Of a stretch of 64,000 bases of DNA, positions 54,483 to 64,000 are shown piece by piece. Origin of the DNA: Eubacteriales bacterium (lineage in GTDB: Bacteria > Bacillota > Clostridia > Oscillospirales > CAG-272); contig JBJDZM010000010.1 in NCBI GenBank assembly GCA_051867975.1, positions 1,848 through 65,847 on the forward strand. Reading direction: 5' to 3'. The notes under the pieces were generated by a model. It did not search any database and was not told the DNA's origin. It was given only the letters and a program-made list of their open reading frames with translations. Position 1 is the first letter of the stretch, and the number at the start of each line of letters is the position of its first letter. A program made the translations under genes and the position numbers.

Positions 54483-57074
54483 ATGCAAAACACTGAAAAA
54501 AATACGGATAAATATAAAAAGGAGACGAAAAGGATCTCATTAAAATCGATTGGCGAAAAGTTGCGTGAAAAAGACGAGGTCGAGGTGCGTTCAAGGCTGC
54601 GCTTTTGCGTCAATTTTGCGCTGACGGTCGCAACTGCCTACATGCTCGGCGGAGCAAAGCTGCTTTTTTCTACATATCCGCTATGTCTCGCGCTCTTATG
54701 CTCGCACAGAAAAAAACTCCTCCCCATCTCGCTGGGACTTATAATATCGGCTATTGCAGGGCTTCTGCCCGATATATATGTCTTCGCCTGCATCGCGGTT
54801 CCGCTCGTCAGACTGCTTATGGCGTGTATGCCCTCGGTCTTCTCTGAGATGAGTGACGTTAAGAAATCGACGGCGACGGGAATCATCAGATTTAACTCGA
54901 AGCTGCCCGAAAAACAAAGCGTCGGCACAACCGCAAAAAAGCAGGCAGGCGCGCCGTTCTCATCGCTTCATATATTTGAAGAAAAGCTCTCTATGCGCGT
55001 CCTTACCGCCGCACTCTGCGGTCTTCTTGCGGGACTTTTTTCAATGATACGCTCGAATTTTTCCTTTTATTCACTCTGGGGAACGCTCTTTCTTACGGCG
55101 GCATGCCCCCTGTCCGTCCTTCTTCTCGGCGGCATGTTCGGCGGTATACAAGGTAAATTCTATCCGCTCGTCTCGCTCACGGCTGCGGGCGCGGCATGCG
55201 TATTCGCCGCAAAGACAATGACCGTTATCGGCATGCCGATGGCACCCTTTCTCGCAATGCTTCTGACGCTTTTTATAACGCAGGTTCACGGACTTTTGCC
55301 GGGAGGCATCTCAGCTATTCTTTTCGGGCTTGTGCTTGACCCCGTATATATGCCCCTGCTTCTCATATGCTCTCTGCTCTTTTTCCTCATTTCAAGCGTG
55401 CGCCGAGGAGTCGGCCTTGCCGTTGTCTGCGCCGCGGTCGTCGTCTGGTGCTACTACATCGGCGGCACGCAGGGACTTGTCGGGATCCTTCCCCCGATGC
55501 TTTTGGCAATCCCCGTTTATATGATGTGCGACAAATACCGCGAGATAATGTGCGCGCCGTACAACCGCGACGCCGTAATGGCAGGCGGAGTATATTTTGC
55601 CGAGGCGGTTACCGAAAAAAACAAAAACGAGGCGGTGCGCGAACGTCTCGGCGCACTCTCGGAGATCTTCTCCGCACTGTCGGAGACCTTCTGCAAGCTC
55701 TCGGACAAGCGCCGCCGTCCCGATGCCTTGGGGCTTAAAAGAATATGTGAGAACGAATTTGACACCTCATGCAAAAATTGCCAAAATCACGAGCTTTGCT
55801 ACGGAAGCGAATACAAGACCCTTTTGAATGCGCAAAGTACGCTGACCGCCGCACTGCACTCAAAGGGCAGCGTTGACAAAGGCGATATCGACCCCGATTT
55901 CTGCAATCTCTGCCCATATTCGGAAAATATCGCAAAGGGCATAAACCGCGCGGTATCCGACGCGACCGAAAGCATGATAAAGAACGAAAAGCTCGGATTT
56001 TTCGCCTCAAGCTACGAGGACATCAACGAGATTCTGTGCGATGCGCTTGAAAACGACGGCGAGGAATACACCGCCGACCAATCCTCGGCGGAAAAGATAT
56101 TTGATATGCTCTACGAGCACGGATTCCGTGCGGGAGGTGTCGTTGTGTTCGGAAAAAGAAGCAAAAATATAGTCATCAAGGGGCTTCCGTCCGCAGACAA
56201 ACTGAGCGCGAAAAAGGCGGATGCCGTGAGAGTCGCGGCAGGAGAGATCGTCGGCGCAGAGCTTGGAGAGCCGATATTCGAGCTCGGGCGCGACGGCACG
56301 GTCATGCGCCTGTGCTCAAAGCCGCAGTTCAAGGCAAAATGCTCAAGAGGCAATATCGCCGCCGAAACAGACCTGAGTGAGCCACAGCTTAACACAAGCT
56401 CACTCTATATCGACCCATTTGATACCAAAGACGAGCCTGACGAAGTCTGCGGCGACACGTCAAACTCTTTTATCACGTCCTCTTCTTATTTCTATTCGCT
56501 CATCAGCGACGGAATGGGCAACGGCGAGGAAGCGGCATTTGTATCGGGAGTCTGTTCAATGTTTATCGAAAAAATGCTCTCGGCAGGAAACCGCGCTGAC
56601 ATAACCGTGCGAATGCTCAATAATCTTTTGCGAAACGAGAACATGGGGCGAGGTGGCGAATGCTCCGCGACCGTCGACCTATGCGAGCTTGACCTGATAA
56701 GCGGAACGGCGTCATTTATCAAAAGCGGTGCGGCACCGACGTATATCGTGCGTTCGGGTACTGTCTACAAGGTCTACTCACGCACGATGCCGATAGGAAT
56801 TTTAAAGGACACCGACACGAAGATAAGCAAATTTGACACGAAAAAGGGCGATATTATAATCATGATGTCGGACGGCTGTTGTCCCGACAGCGAGGACTGC
56901 CCGTGGCTGGTCGACTTTTTGTGTGAATATATGTCCAAAAAAGAGAAAAACGCGCTCGGTGTTGAGTCCGAATGTGAAATCTTAAAGGACAAGCTGCTCT
57001 CGCTTGCAGTTAAGAATTTTCCCGAAGGCAAGCCGCGCGACGATATCTCGGTCTCGGTAATAATTATCGAATAA
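54483..57074 (+). CDS. spoIIE: stage II sporulation protein E (membrane PP2C phosphatase)
   Basis: 863 aa. About 10 N-terminal TM segments and a C-terminal PP2C domain ...CGDTSNSF...LISDGMGNGEEAA...IIMMSDG...DDISVSVI. Confidence 0.85.
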   Translation: MQNTEKNTDKYKKETKRISLKSIGEKLREKDEVEVRSRLRFCVNFALTVATAYMLGGAKLLFSTYPLCLALLCSHRKKLLPISLGLIISAIAGLLPDIYVFACIAVPLVRLLMACMPSVFSEMSDVKKSTATGIIRFNSKLPEKQSVGTTAKKQAGAPFSSLHIFEEKLSMRVLTAALCGLLAGLFSMIRSNFSFYSLWGTLFLTAACPLSVLLLGGMFGGIQGKFYPLVSLTAAGAACVFAAKTMTVIGMPMAPFLAMLLTLFITQVHGLLPGGISAILFGLVLDPVYMPLLLICSLLFFLISSVRRGVGLAVVCAAVVVWCYYIGGTQGLVGILPPMLLAIPVYMMCDKYREIMCAPYNRDAVMAGGVYFAEAVTEKNKNEAVRERLGALSEIFSALSETFCKLSDKRRRPDALGLKRICENEFDTSCKNCQNHELCYGSEYKTLLNAQSTLTAALHSKGSVDKGDIDPDFCNLCPYSENIAKGINRAVSDATESMIKNEKLGFFASSYEDINEILCDALENDGEEYTADQSSAEKIFDMLYEHGFRAGGVVVFGKRSKNIVIKGLPSADKLSAKKADAVRVAAGEIVGAELGEPIFELGRDGTVMRLCSKPQFKAKCSRGNIAAETDLSEPQLNTSSLYIDPFDTKDEPDEVCGDTSNSFITSSSYFYSLISDGMGNGEEAAFVSGVCSMFIEKMLSAGNRADITVRMLNNLLRNENMGRGGECSATVDLCELDLISGTASFIKSGAAPTYIVRSGTVYKVYSRTMPIGILKDTDTKISKFDTKKGDIIIMMSDGCCPDSEDCPWLVDFLCEYMSKKEKNALGVESECEILKDKLLSLAVKNFPEGKPRDDISVSVIIIE

Positions 57075-57125
57075 ACATATATACAGCCCATACACCGCCT
57101 TCACCACCCAAAATCCTTTGCACTC

Positions 57126-57154
57126 TTGACAAACAGAACATTTTAAGTTATAAT
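57126..57154 (+). promoter_or_regulatory. promoter of glnN
   Basis: TTGACA, 17-nt spacer, TATAAT. Confidence 0.7.
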
Positions 57155-57202
57155 GGTATTACAATGAGTAAATTTTTTCTTCTAAGAGAAAGGCGGTATA
57201 CT

Positions 57203-59296
57203 ATGACTAGTATTCCCGAGATATTCGGCTGTATGGTATTCAACGACGCGGTCATGCGCCAAAGGCTCCCCAAGGACGTTTATAAGTCCCTGACCTATAC
57301 TATCCAGACGGGCAAAACAATAGACGTCTCGATTGCAAACGTCGTCGCAAACGCGATGAAGGACTGGGCGGTCGAAAAAGGCGCAACGCACTACACTCAC
57401 TGGTTCCAGCCTCTGACGAGCGTGACTGCCGAAAAGCACGACTCCTTTATCTCGCCTATCGGCGGAGACAAGGTAGTCATGGAATTTTCGGGCAAGGAGC
57501 TGATAAAGGGCGAGTCCGATGCCTCGTCGTTTCCCTCGGGCGGTCTGCGCGAGACCTGTAACGCGCGAGGCTACACCGCGTGGGACCCCTCGTCCTACGC
57601 CTTCATAAAGGACAAAACGCTCTATATACCCACCGTCTTTTGCTCGTACACCGGCGACGCACTTGACACAAAAACTCCCCTGCTCCGTTCAATGGATGCG
57701 CTCAGCAATCAGGCACTCCGCATCCTCTCGCTGTTCGGCGACAATACCGCAACGCGAGTCTCGACCTCGGTCGGCGCAGAGCAGGAATATTTCCTTGTAA
57801 ATAAGGAATACTACGACAAGCGCGACGATCTGCTATACACGGGACGCACGCTCTTCGGCAACTCCGCGCCGAAAACACAGCAGCTTGAGGACCACTACTA
57901 CGGACCGCTTAAAACCAACGTCTCCGAGTTCATGCACGAGCTTGACGAGGAGCTTTGGAAGCTCGGTATCACATCAAAGACCAAGCACAACGAGGTCGCC
58001 CCCTCTCAGCATGAGCTTGCGCCGATATATGTTACGACAAATGTCGCCGTCGACCAGAATCTTATCGTCATGGAAATGATAAAAAGAGTCGCAGAGCGAC
58101 ACGGACTCGTCGCTCTTCTCCACGAAAAGCCCTACGCCGGCATAAACGGCTCGGGCAAGCACAACAATTGGTCAATTGGAACCGATACCGGCAAAAATCT
58201 GCTCTCGCCCGGCAAAAATCCTGCATCGAATACGCAGTTTTTGCTCGTTCTCTCGGCAATCATCAAGGCGGTCGACGACTATCAGGACCTGCTCCGTGTT
58301 TCGGTTGCAACCGCAGGAAACGACCACCGTCTCGGCGCGGACGAGGCACCCCCTGCCATCGTATCGATATTCCTCGGAGACGAGCTTGAGGAGTTAGTTG
58401 AGGCAATCGTCGGCGAGACAGACTACACCGACCGCGCGCGCCGCACAATGGACCTCGGAGTGCCGAGCGTCCCGACCTTCCGTTACGACTCGACCGACCG
58501 AAACCGTACGTCCCCCTTTGCCTTTACGGGCAACAAATTTGAGTTTAGAATGGTTGGCTCGTCGCAAAACATAGCACTTGCCAACATCGTGATAAACTCA
58601 GCCGTCGCAAAGGTGTTCAGAGACTTTGCCGACACACTGACCGGCTCGGCGGACATTGAGCGCGATGCAAGAGAGCTTATCAAGAACACGCTGAAGGCTC
58701 ACAAGCGCATAATCTTCAACGGAAACGGCTACTCGCCAAAGTGGCGTGAGGAAGCAGAACGCCGCGGACTTCTCAACTTTAAGACCTCGGTTGACTCGCT
58801 CTCCTGCATGACCGCAGAGAAGAACATAGACCTCTTTACCTCACTCGGAGTAATGAGCGAAGTCGAACTTCGCGCACGCGAGGAAATAATGTTTGAAAAC
58901 TACTCGAACATCATCGACATCGAGGCTAAGACCATGGTCGATATCACAAACAAAAAAATCATTCCCGCAATAGAAAACTACATAGAAAAGCTTTGCCGCA
59001 CGGCTAAGGACAAGCAGGATATATTCGGTTCAAACATCAATTCGGGACTTGAACGCCGCGTTATCGCCGACCTCTCGTCGCTCGCAACCGAGGCGTTTGA
59101 CATCGCCGTCAAGCTGAAATCCGCCGCCCAAACCGCCGAAAGCGAGGCTGACTTCAAGGTCTCCGCCTTCTCATACAAGGATAAGGTTATTCCCCTTATG
59201 AACAGGCTCCGCACGGCAGTAGACAAAGCCGAAACGATCGTCCCTTCCGACCTCTGGCCTCTGCCCTCGTATGGAGAGATGACGTTGAAGCAATAA
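57203..59296 (+). CDS. glnN: glutamine synthetase type III
   Basis: About 697 aa from MTSIPEIFG. ...FQPLT...EQEYFL...HNEVAPSQHELAP...HEKPYAGINGSGKHNNWS is characteristic of GSIII. Confidence 0.9.
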   Translation: MTSIPEIFGCMVFNDAVMRQRLPKDVYKSLTYTIQTGKTIDVSIANVVANAMKDWAVEKGATHYTHWFQPLTSVTAEKHDSFISPIGGDKVVMEFSGKELIKGESDASSFPSGGLRETCNARGYTAWDPSSYAFIKDKTLYIPTVFCSYTGDALDTKTPLLRSMDALSNQALRILSLFGDNTATRVSTSVGAEQEYFLVNKEYYDKRDDLLYTGRTLFGNSAPKTQQLEDHYYGPLKTNVSEFMHELDEELWKLGITSKTKHNEVAPSQHELAPIYVTTNVAVDQNLIVMEMIKRVAERHGLVALLHEKPYAGINGSGKHNNWSIGTDTGKNLLSPGKNPASNTQFLLVLSAIIKAVDDYQDLLRVSVATAGNDHRLGADEAPPAIVSIFLGDELEELVEAIVGETDYTDRARRTMDLGVPSVPTFRYDSTDRNRTSPFAFTGNKFEFRMVGSSQNIALANIVINSAVAKVFRDFADTLTGSADIERDARELIKNTLKAHKRIIFNGNGYSPKWREEAERRGLLNFKTSVDSLSCMTAEKNIDLFTSLGVMSEVELRAREEIMFENYSNIIDIEAKTMVDITNKKIIPAIENYIEKLCRTAKDKQDIFGSNINSGLERRVIADLSSLATEAFDIAVKLKSAAQTAESEADFKVSAFSYKDKVIPLMNRLRTAVDKAETIVPSDLWPLPSYGEMTLKQ

Positions 59297-59368
59297 AGAA
59301 CGCGAGGACTTGTCGGGCGACCGTGCCTCCGTTCGATTCGTTTTGCGACAATCGAGACTGCATTTTTG

Positions 59369-59400
59369 GGTGCGACATCTCGGTTGTCGCACCATTTTTA
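59369..59400 (+). terminator. terminator after glnN
   Basis: ggtgcgaca-tctcggt-tgtcgcacc, followed by attttta. Confidence 0.75.
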
Positions 59401-59429
59401 ATATTTTTCAAATATTTTTATAAACCCTA

Positions 59430-59458
59430 TTTACAAACAAGAACATTTGTGCTATAAT
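59430..59458 (+). promoter_or_regulatory. promoter of the DUF1273 gene
   Basis: TTTACA, 17-nt spacer, TATAAT. Confidence 0.65.
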
Positions 59459-59505
59459 GTACTCATAAAAGTTAAATCTGATGATAATTGAAGGGCGAAT
59501 GGCAC

Positions 59506-60009
59506 ATGGCGACACAAAAAACACAATATCAAGAGCAAATAAAAACCGTCTGTTTTACAGGTCACAGGAACCTTGACACCTACTCGCCGTCCTCCGTCTC
59601 GAAAGCCCTGAACAAAGCCCTCCGCATGCTCATCTCCCACGGTGTAGAGTGCTTTATGGCAGGAGGCGCCCTCGGATTTGACACATTGGCGGCGCTCTGT
59701 GTCCTTGAACTCAAAGAGGAATTTCCCCATATATCGCTCGAATTGATACTTCCCTGCAAAAATCAAACGAAGATGTGGAGCGACTCAAACAAAACGATCT
59801 ACAACGAGATACTCAAAGAAGCAGACAGCGTTGAATACGTCGCAGAAACATATACCGCAAACTGCATGCATGACCGCAACCGTCGGCTCGTCGACAAAAG
59901 CGACATGTGTGTTGCATTTTTTGAGCACAGCGGCGGAGGCACGGCGTACACCGTCGCCTACGCGCTAAAGCAGGGCAAAGAGGTAATTAATATCGCCGAG
60001 TTGATTTAA
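59506..60009 (+). CDS. DUF1273/YpsA-like SLOG-family protein
   Basis: VCFTGHRNL...CFMAGGALGFDTLAA...ELILPC...SGGGTAYTV. Confidence 0.7.
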   Translation: MATQKTQYQEQIKTVCFTGHRNLDTYSPSSVSKALNKALRMLISHGVECFMAGGALGFDTLAALCVLELKEEFPHISLELILPCKNQTKMWSDSNKTIYNEILKEADSVEYVAETYTANCMHDRNRRLVDKSDMCVAFFEHSGGGTAYTVAYALKQGKEVINIAELI

Positions 60010-60043
60010 AATCAAACCGCATTAAAAAAGTGAAGCCCCCGCT

Positions 60044-60784
60044 TCACTTTTTTATATTTCTGATACTGACTTCCCCCGTGCGAATGACAGCGCTTTCACT
60101 CTCACCGTCACGCAACAGTAAAAGTCCCCCGTCATCCGTAACGCCAAGCACCTCACCGCCGCCTATCATCTCGCCTGCGCTGAAAAGGTCAACGTGCGCC
60201 CCCGAGAGCATAAACCTCTCTCGGTATTCCTTCATATATTCACGGCGGGACGGACAGTCGGCATTGTCGAGAAGAGCATCAACAATTCCGCCGATTATCG
60301 CCTGTCTCTGCTCTTCGTCTATCTCACCGATGCTTGCCGCAACACCTCGCAGCTCCTCGGGAAAATCATTCTTGCCGACATTTATCCCTATCCCGACGAT
60401 TATCGCGTTTCTGTCGCCCACCGTGACCGTCTCGGTCAAAATTCCCGAGACCTTTCCCTGCTCACTGTATACGTCATTGACCCACTTTATCTTCATGCGC
60501 TCGCCCGTCGCGTTCTCAATCGCGGACGCGACCGCAACCGCCGCCGCGGTAGTGACCGATATCGCATCCGCCAGAGCCTTTTGCGTGAAATAGAGCAACG
60601 ACATATATATTCCGCGTCCGCCGCGGCTCAAAAAACTCCGTCCGAGTCTTCCCCTGCCCGCGCTCTGCTCTCTCGCGACAAAAAGCACCGGCTCAAGACC
60701 CTTGCAAGAGAGCGCGTACCTCTTTGCCTCGGCGTTGGTCGAATCGATCGTGTCGTATTCAAAAATTTTGACCTTCCTGCGCAT
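60044..60784 (-). CDS. birA: biotin--[acetyl-CoA-carboxylase] ligase, group I (no HTH domain)
   Basis: DSTNAEAKR...VAREQSAGRGRLGRSF...KWVNDV... Start set at MRRKVKIF (ATG at 60784). Confidence 0.85.
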   Translation of the reverse strand: MRRKVKIFEYDTIDSTNAEAKRYALSCKGLEPVLFVAREQSAGRGRLGRSFLSRGGRGIYMSLLYFTQKALADAISVTTAAAVAVASAIENATGERMKIKWVNDVYSEQGKVSGILTETVTVGDRNAIIVGIGINVGKNDFPEELRGVAASIGEIDEEQRQAIIGGIVDALLDNADCPSRREYMKEYRERFMLSGAHVDLFSAGEMIGGGEVLGVTDDGGLLLLRDGESESAVIRTGEVSIRNIKK

Positions 60785-60942
60785 TTTTCTCTCCAAATCA
60801 TTTTTTATACGCCAATTATACCATTTTGAAGTTAATATGTCAACAATGCTCGGCACAAGCGCAAAATGTTTTCAAAATATACTTGATTTATGTCAAGAAA
60901 TAGTTTATCATATACCTTGTATTAACCGAAAGGAACGTAACC

Positions 60943-62160
60943 ATGAATAGAATACTTAAAAAAGTGATCCTGATAATTTCGGCATCGGCACTCCTGCTTT
61001 CAATGCTTGCAGGTTGCCAACCCGTCGAAAATGAGAGCGAAAGTGAAAGCGAAAGCGGCACCGAGTCCGAGACAACAGAAAGAGACTTTGATTATCTCTC
61101 GGCAAACATATCGGACTACATAACCCTCTCTCCCTCGGAATACAAAAACAACACGGTCACCCTCGGCACACAATACATTATAACCGATGAGGATGTTGAC
61201 GAATATATCAACGCACAGCTTTTCGAGAACAAAACCAAAACCAACGGAGACGAGCAGGTGACAGATCAGCCCATAAAGCTCGGCGACTCGGCGTTTATCT
61301 ACTACACGGGATATCTTGACGGCGAGAAATTTGAGGGCGGCTCAAACGCCGACAGTGATGAGCCTCACGAGCTTTCTATCGGGTCCGGTTCGTTTATTCC
61401 CGGCTTTGAAGACGGACTTGTTGGCGTTGTTCCAAATCAGACAAGCAAAGACTCTCCCTTCGAGCTTCACGTCACCTTCCCCGAAAGCTATCATTCGGCG
61501 GATCTCGCAGGTAAAGCCGTCGTCTTCAAGGTTTGGATCGAGTATATCGTTCAGTACACGATTCCCGAGTTTAACGACGATTTCGTCAAAGAAACTCTTA
61601 AGTTTGACGGAAACGCAGAAGAATACAGAGAAAACATAAAAAATGACCTTCAAAATGATGCGACTGAGGCGGCAGAGTCCGAGGCTCTTTCGGCAATTCT
61701 TAATAAGCTTATCGATGCTGCAGAGTTTCATGAATACCCCGAGCAGTCGATAAACTATTGGTACAACGCATACGTAGACCAATATGAGTACTATATGCAG
61801 TATTACTCAATGTACGGCTACAAATTCGACTCGCTTGATGACTTTGTAAAAATATATCTCGGTCTTAAGGACGGCGAGGATTGGAAGGAAATAACCCGTG
61901 GATACGCAAAAGAGATAGTGGAAAACTCTCTTGTCTATTACGCGATCGCGGACGAACAAAACTTTTCCGCGTCTGACGAAGAATTTGGTGCCGAGGCAAA
62001 AAGGCTTGCCGAATACTATTCTTCAAGCAGCAAGATCTACACGGTTGACGAGATAATCGAAACGGTCGGCGAGTCGGCAATAAAGCAGAATATCATTTTC
62101 GAAAAGGTCGAAAATTTCATTATGGACAACTGCACAATAGAATATGAGGACGTTGAATAA
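60943..62160 (+). CDS. lipoprotein with a trigger-factor-like FKBP PPIase domain and C-terminal chaperone domain
   Basis: Signal peptide plus lipobox LLSMLAGC, acidic linker ESESESESGTESE, FKBP region GDSAFIYYTGYLDGEKFEGG...LSIGSGSFIPGFEDGLVG, and a TF-like C-terminus PEFNDDFVKE... Confidence 0.7.
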   Translation: MNRILKKVILIISASALLLSMLAGCQPVENESESESESGTESETTERDFDYLSANISDYITLSPSEYKNNTVTLGTQYIITDEDVDEYINAQLFENKTKTNGDEQVTDQPIKLGDSAFIYYTGYLDGEKFEGGSNADSDEPHELSIGSGSFIPGFEDGLVGVVPNQTSKDSPFELHVTFPESYHSADLAGKAVVFKVWIEYIVQYTIPEFNDDFVKETLKFDGNAEEYRENIKNDLQNDATEAAESEALSAILNKLIDAAEFHEYPEQSINYWYNAYVDQYEYYMQYYSMYGYKFDSLDDFVKIYLGLKDGEDWKEITRGYAKEIVENSLVYYAIADEQNFSASDEEFGAEAKRLAEYYSSSSKIYTVDEIIETVGESAIKQNIIFEKVENFIMDNCTIEYEDVE

Positions 62161-62165
62161 ACATT

Positions 62166-62194
62166 TCGGGGCGCAGATGCGCCCCGACTTTTTA
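62166..62194 (+). terminator. terminator after the lipoprotein gene
   Basis: tcggggcgc-agat-gcgccccga, followed by ctttttat. Confidence 0.8.
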
Positions 62195-62344
62195 TCAAAC
62201 AGAAAAAATCAGCATAAAATATGTCAGTGAAGCGAATTTTTGCGCAGAAGTGTTGAAAACACGGAAAAACTGTGCTATAATTCAGTAGACAAAATTCATT
62301 GATTACTTTTTTACTGCCGCAAAGCGGCAAATCGGAGGTCTATT

Positions 62345-62857
62345 ATGTCATTTTGTGAGATTTCACCCGAAGAATTCGATTACTCCCCCTTTCGCCTTAT
62401 CGGCAAGGACTATCTGCTAATAACCACGCCCGACGGCTCGAAAAGCTCGGGCGCGAACGCCATGACAGCAAGCTGGGGCGGTGTCGGAATTCTTTGGAAC
62501 AAGCCTGTCGCGACGGTATATGTCCGTCCTCAAAGATATTCATACGGTCTTTGCGAGAAGAGCGACCGTTTCTCTCTTTGTATTCTCTCCGAGGAATACC
62601 GTGACGCGCTCAAAATTTGCGGAACAAAATCGGGCAGAGATACCGACAAACTAAAGGATTGCTCGCTCTCCTGCACGGAAATTGACGGTGTCAAGGTCAT
62701 TGAGCAGTCGAAGGTCGCCATGCTCTGCCGCAAGCTGTACGCGGATGACATAAAAAAGGATAATTTCATCGACGAAGAACCGCTTAAAAATTACCATGCA
62801 AACGACTTCCACCGTTTCTATATTCTCGAGATTGAAAAGATACTCGTAAACGACTGA
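62345..62857 (+). CDS. flavin reductase-like (split-barrel FMN-binding) protein
   Basis: 170 aa. LLITTPDGSKSSGANAMTASWGGVGILWNKPVATVYVRPQRYS. Preceded by a TTGAAA-17-TATAAT promoter at 62253-62281. Confidence 0.65.
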   Translation: MSFCEISPEEFDYSPFRLIGKDYLLITTPDGSKSSGANAMTASWGGVGILWNKPVATVYVRPQRYSYGLCEKSDRFSLCILSEEYRDALKICGTKSGRDTDKLKDCSLSCTEIDGVKVIEQSKVAMLCRKLYADDIKKDNFIDEEPLKNYHANDFHRFYILEIEKILVND

Positions 62858-62888
62858 AAACCCTATCGCCACCACACACGGAGAAAAA

Positions 62889-64000
62889 ATGGACATTCAA
62901 AAAACAGTATTTGATATCTGCCGCAAGGCAAAGGACTCATCGCGCGCTTTTTCGGTGCTAAGCACCGCGAAAAAGAATCTTCTGCTCTCTGACATCGCCC
63001 TGGCACTCAAGGAGAACAAAAACAAAATAATCGATGCCAACAAGCTTGACCTTTCACTCGCACGTGAAAACGGCATACCCGACCACATGCTCGACAGGCT
63101 CATGCTGAGCGACTCGCGCATTGACGGCATCTGCGACTCTCTGCATGCTCTCATAGGACTCAAGGACCCCGTCGGCTCGGGCGAGCTTTTCACCACTCCG
63201 AACGGACTTGAGATCACCTGCTCACGCGTGCCGCTCGGTGTCGTCGCCATAATTTACGAGGCGAGACCGAACGTCACCGTCGATGCGGCGGCACTCTGCT
63301 TAAAGACCGGCAACGCAACCGTTCTGCGAGGCGGTAAGGAGGCGGCAAACACCAATCTTTGCCTCATTGAGATAATGCGCGCCTGCATTGAGAAAAACGG
63401 CATCTCGCCCGATATTTTGGGCTTTGTAGAGCCGTCCCTCGGTCACGAAGGCGCAGACGCGCTCATGTCGGCGCGAGGGCTTGTTGACGTGCTGATCCCG
63501 AGAGGCGGGAAAAAGTTGATCTCCGCCGTTGTCGAAGGCTCCAAGGTTCCCGTAATCGAAACGGGAGCCGGAAATTGCCATCTGTACGTCGATGCCTCAG
63601 CAGACCTTGATATGGCAGTCAAAGTCGCCATCAACGCAAAATGCTCGCGCCCTGCCGTCTGCAACGCCATTGAGACTCTGCTCGTCCACGAGAATGTCGC
63701 CGACGAATTTCTCCCGAAATTCGCCTCTGCCGCGGCTGAAAAATACTCCCTTGAGCTTCGCGGGTGCGAAAAGACATGCTCAATTCTCAAAAACATATCT
63801 CACGCAACAGAATCCGACTACGAGACCGAATACGACGATTACATTTTAGCGATAAAGATTGTCTCCTCTCTCGACGAAGCCATCGCTCACATCAATAAAT
63901 ACAACACCGGTCACAGCGAGTCGATAATAACAAACGACCGCGCCGCCGCCGACAGATTTAAAAAGCTCGTCGATGCCGCCGCAGTCTACGTCAATGCCTC
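62889..64000 (+). CDS. proA: gamma-glutamyl phosphate reductase, C-terminus cut by window edge
   Basis: Absent from the ORF track because it runs off the edge. My translation reads MDIQKTVFDICRKAKDSSRAF...VPLGVVAIIYEARPNVTVDAAALCLKTGNATVLRGGKEA...IPRGG...ETGAGNCHLYVD...NAKCSRPAVCNAIETLLVH...HSESIIT. Confidence 0.9.
   Translation, partial: MDIQKTVFDICRKAKDSSRAFSVLSTAKKNLLLSDIALALKENKNKIIDANKLDLSLARENGIPDHMLDRLMLSDSRIDGICDSLHALIGLKDPVGSGELFTTPNGLEITCSRVPLGVVAIIYEARPNVTVDAAALCLKTGNATVLRGGKEAANTNLCLIEIMRACIEKNGISPDILGFVEPSLGHEGADALMSARGLVDVLIPRGGKKLISAVVEGSKVPVIETGAGNCHLYVDASADLDMAVKVAINAKCSRPAVCNAIETLLVHENVADEFLPKFASAAAEKYSLELRGCEKTCSILKNISHATESDYETEYDDYILAIKIVSSLDEAIAHINKYNTGHSESIITNDRAAADRFKKLVDAAAVYVNA

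Overview
64-kb chromosomal window from a spore-forming anaerobic Firmicute, Clostridia-like. Supporting genes are spoIIE, rubrerythrin and ferritin, type III glutamine synthetase and fakA/plsX/degV; several promoters are perfect TTGACA-17-TATAAT. The left 14 kb is one long minus-strand polysaccharide (EPS/capsule) operon. It is very AT-rich: my spot counts give about 20-40% GC per 60-nt line, against about 45-60% further right. The operon starts with a small phosphoglycosyl transferase beside tRNA-Arg(CCG). It carries 7-8 glycosyltransferases, an EpsG-type polymerase and two acetyltransferases, one of them split by a C14 homopolymer. It also carries an unusual trio of HpcH aldolase, 2-hydroxyacid dehydrogenase and a frameshifted AsnB-like PP-loop enzyme. 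To the right, in order: an SDR gene between two tRNAs; tRNA-Gln(CTG) followed by a duplicated copy of its own 3' end; an OmpR/HK plus MacB-like ABC module; a tight TetR-fakA-plsX-degV-(GNAT-like)-carrier-protein operon; metal and oxidative-stress genes (ZIP, rubrerythrin, ferritin); an HxlR pair; a Zn-macrodomain/SirTM ADP-ribosylation pair; a TetR-ABC-Ntn-hydrolase operon; D-LDH; an O-antigen-ligase-like plus Wzz-like pair; an MFS-GH2 fusion protein; a heterodimeric ABC exporter; a (QNNS)9 tandem-repeat mini-protein; a GntR-ABC module; spoIIE; glnN; a DUF1273 gene; birA; a lipoprotein trigger-factor paralogue; a flavin reductase; and proA, cut by the window edge. I saw no CRISPR array, rRNA, integrase, transposase or obvious defence system. 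The best candidates for new biology are the fakA-plsX-degV-GNAT-ACP operon, the non-sugar-substituent trio and the homopolymer switch in the EPS island, the orphan macro/SirTM pair, the MFS-GH2 fusion and the QNNS repeat protein. All functional calls rest on motif recognition by eye; no searches were run.
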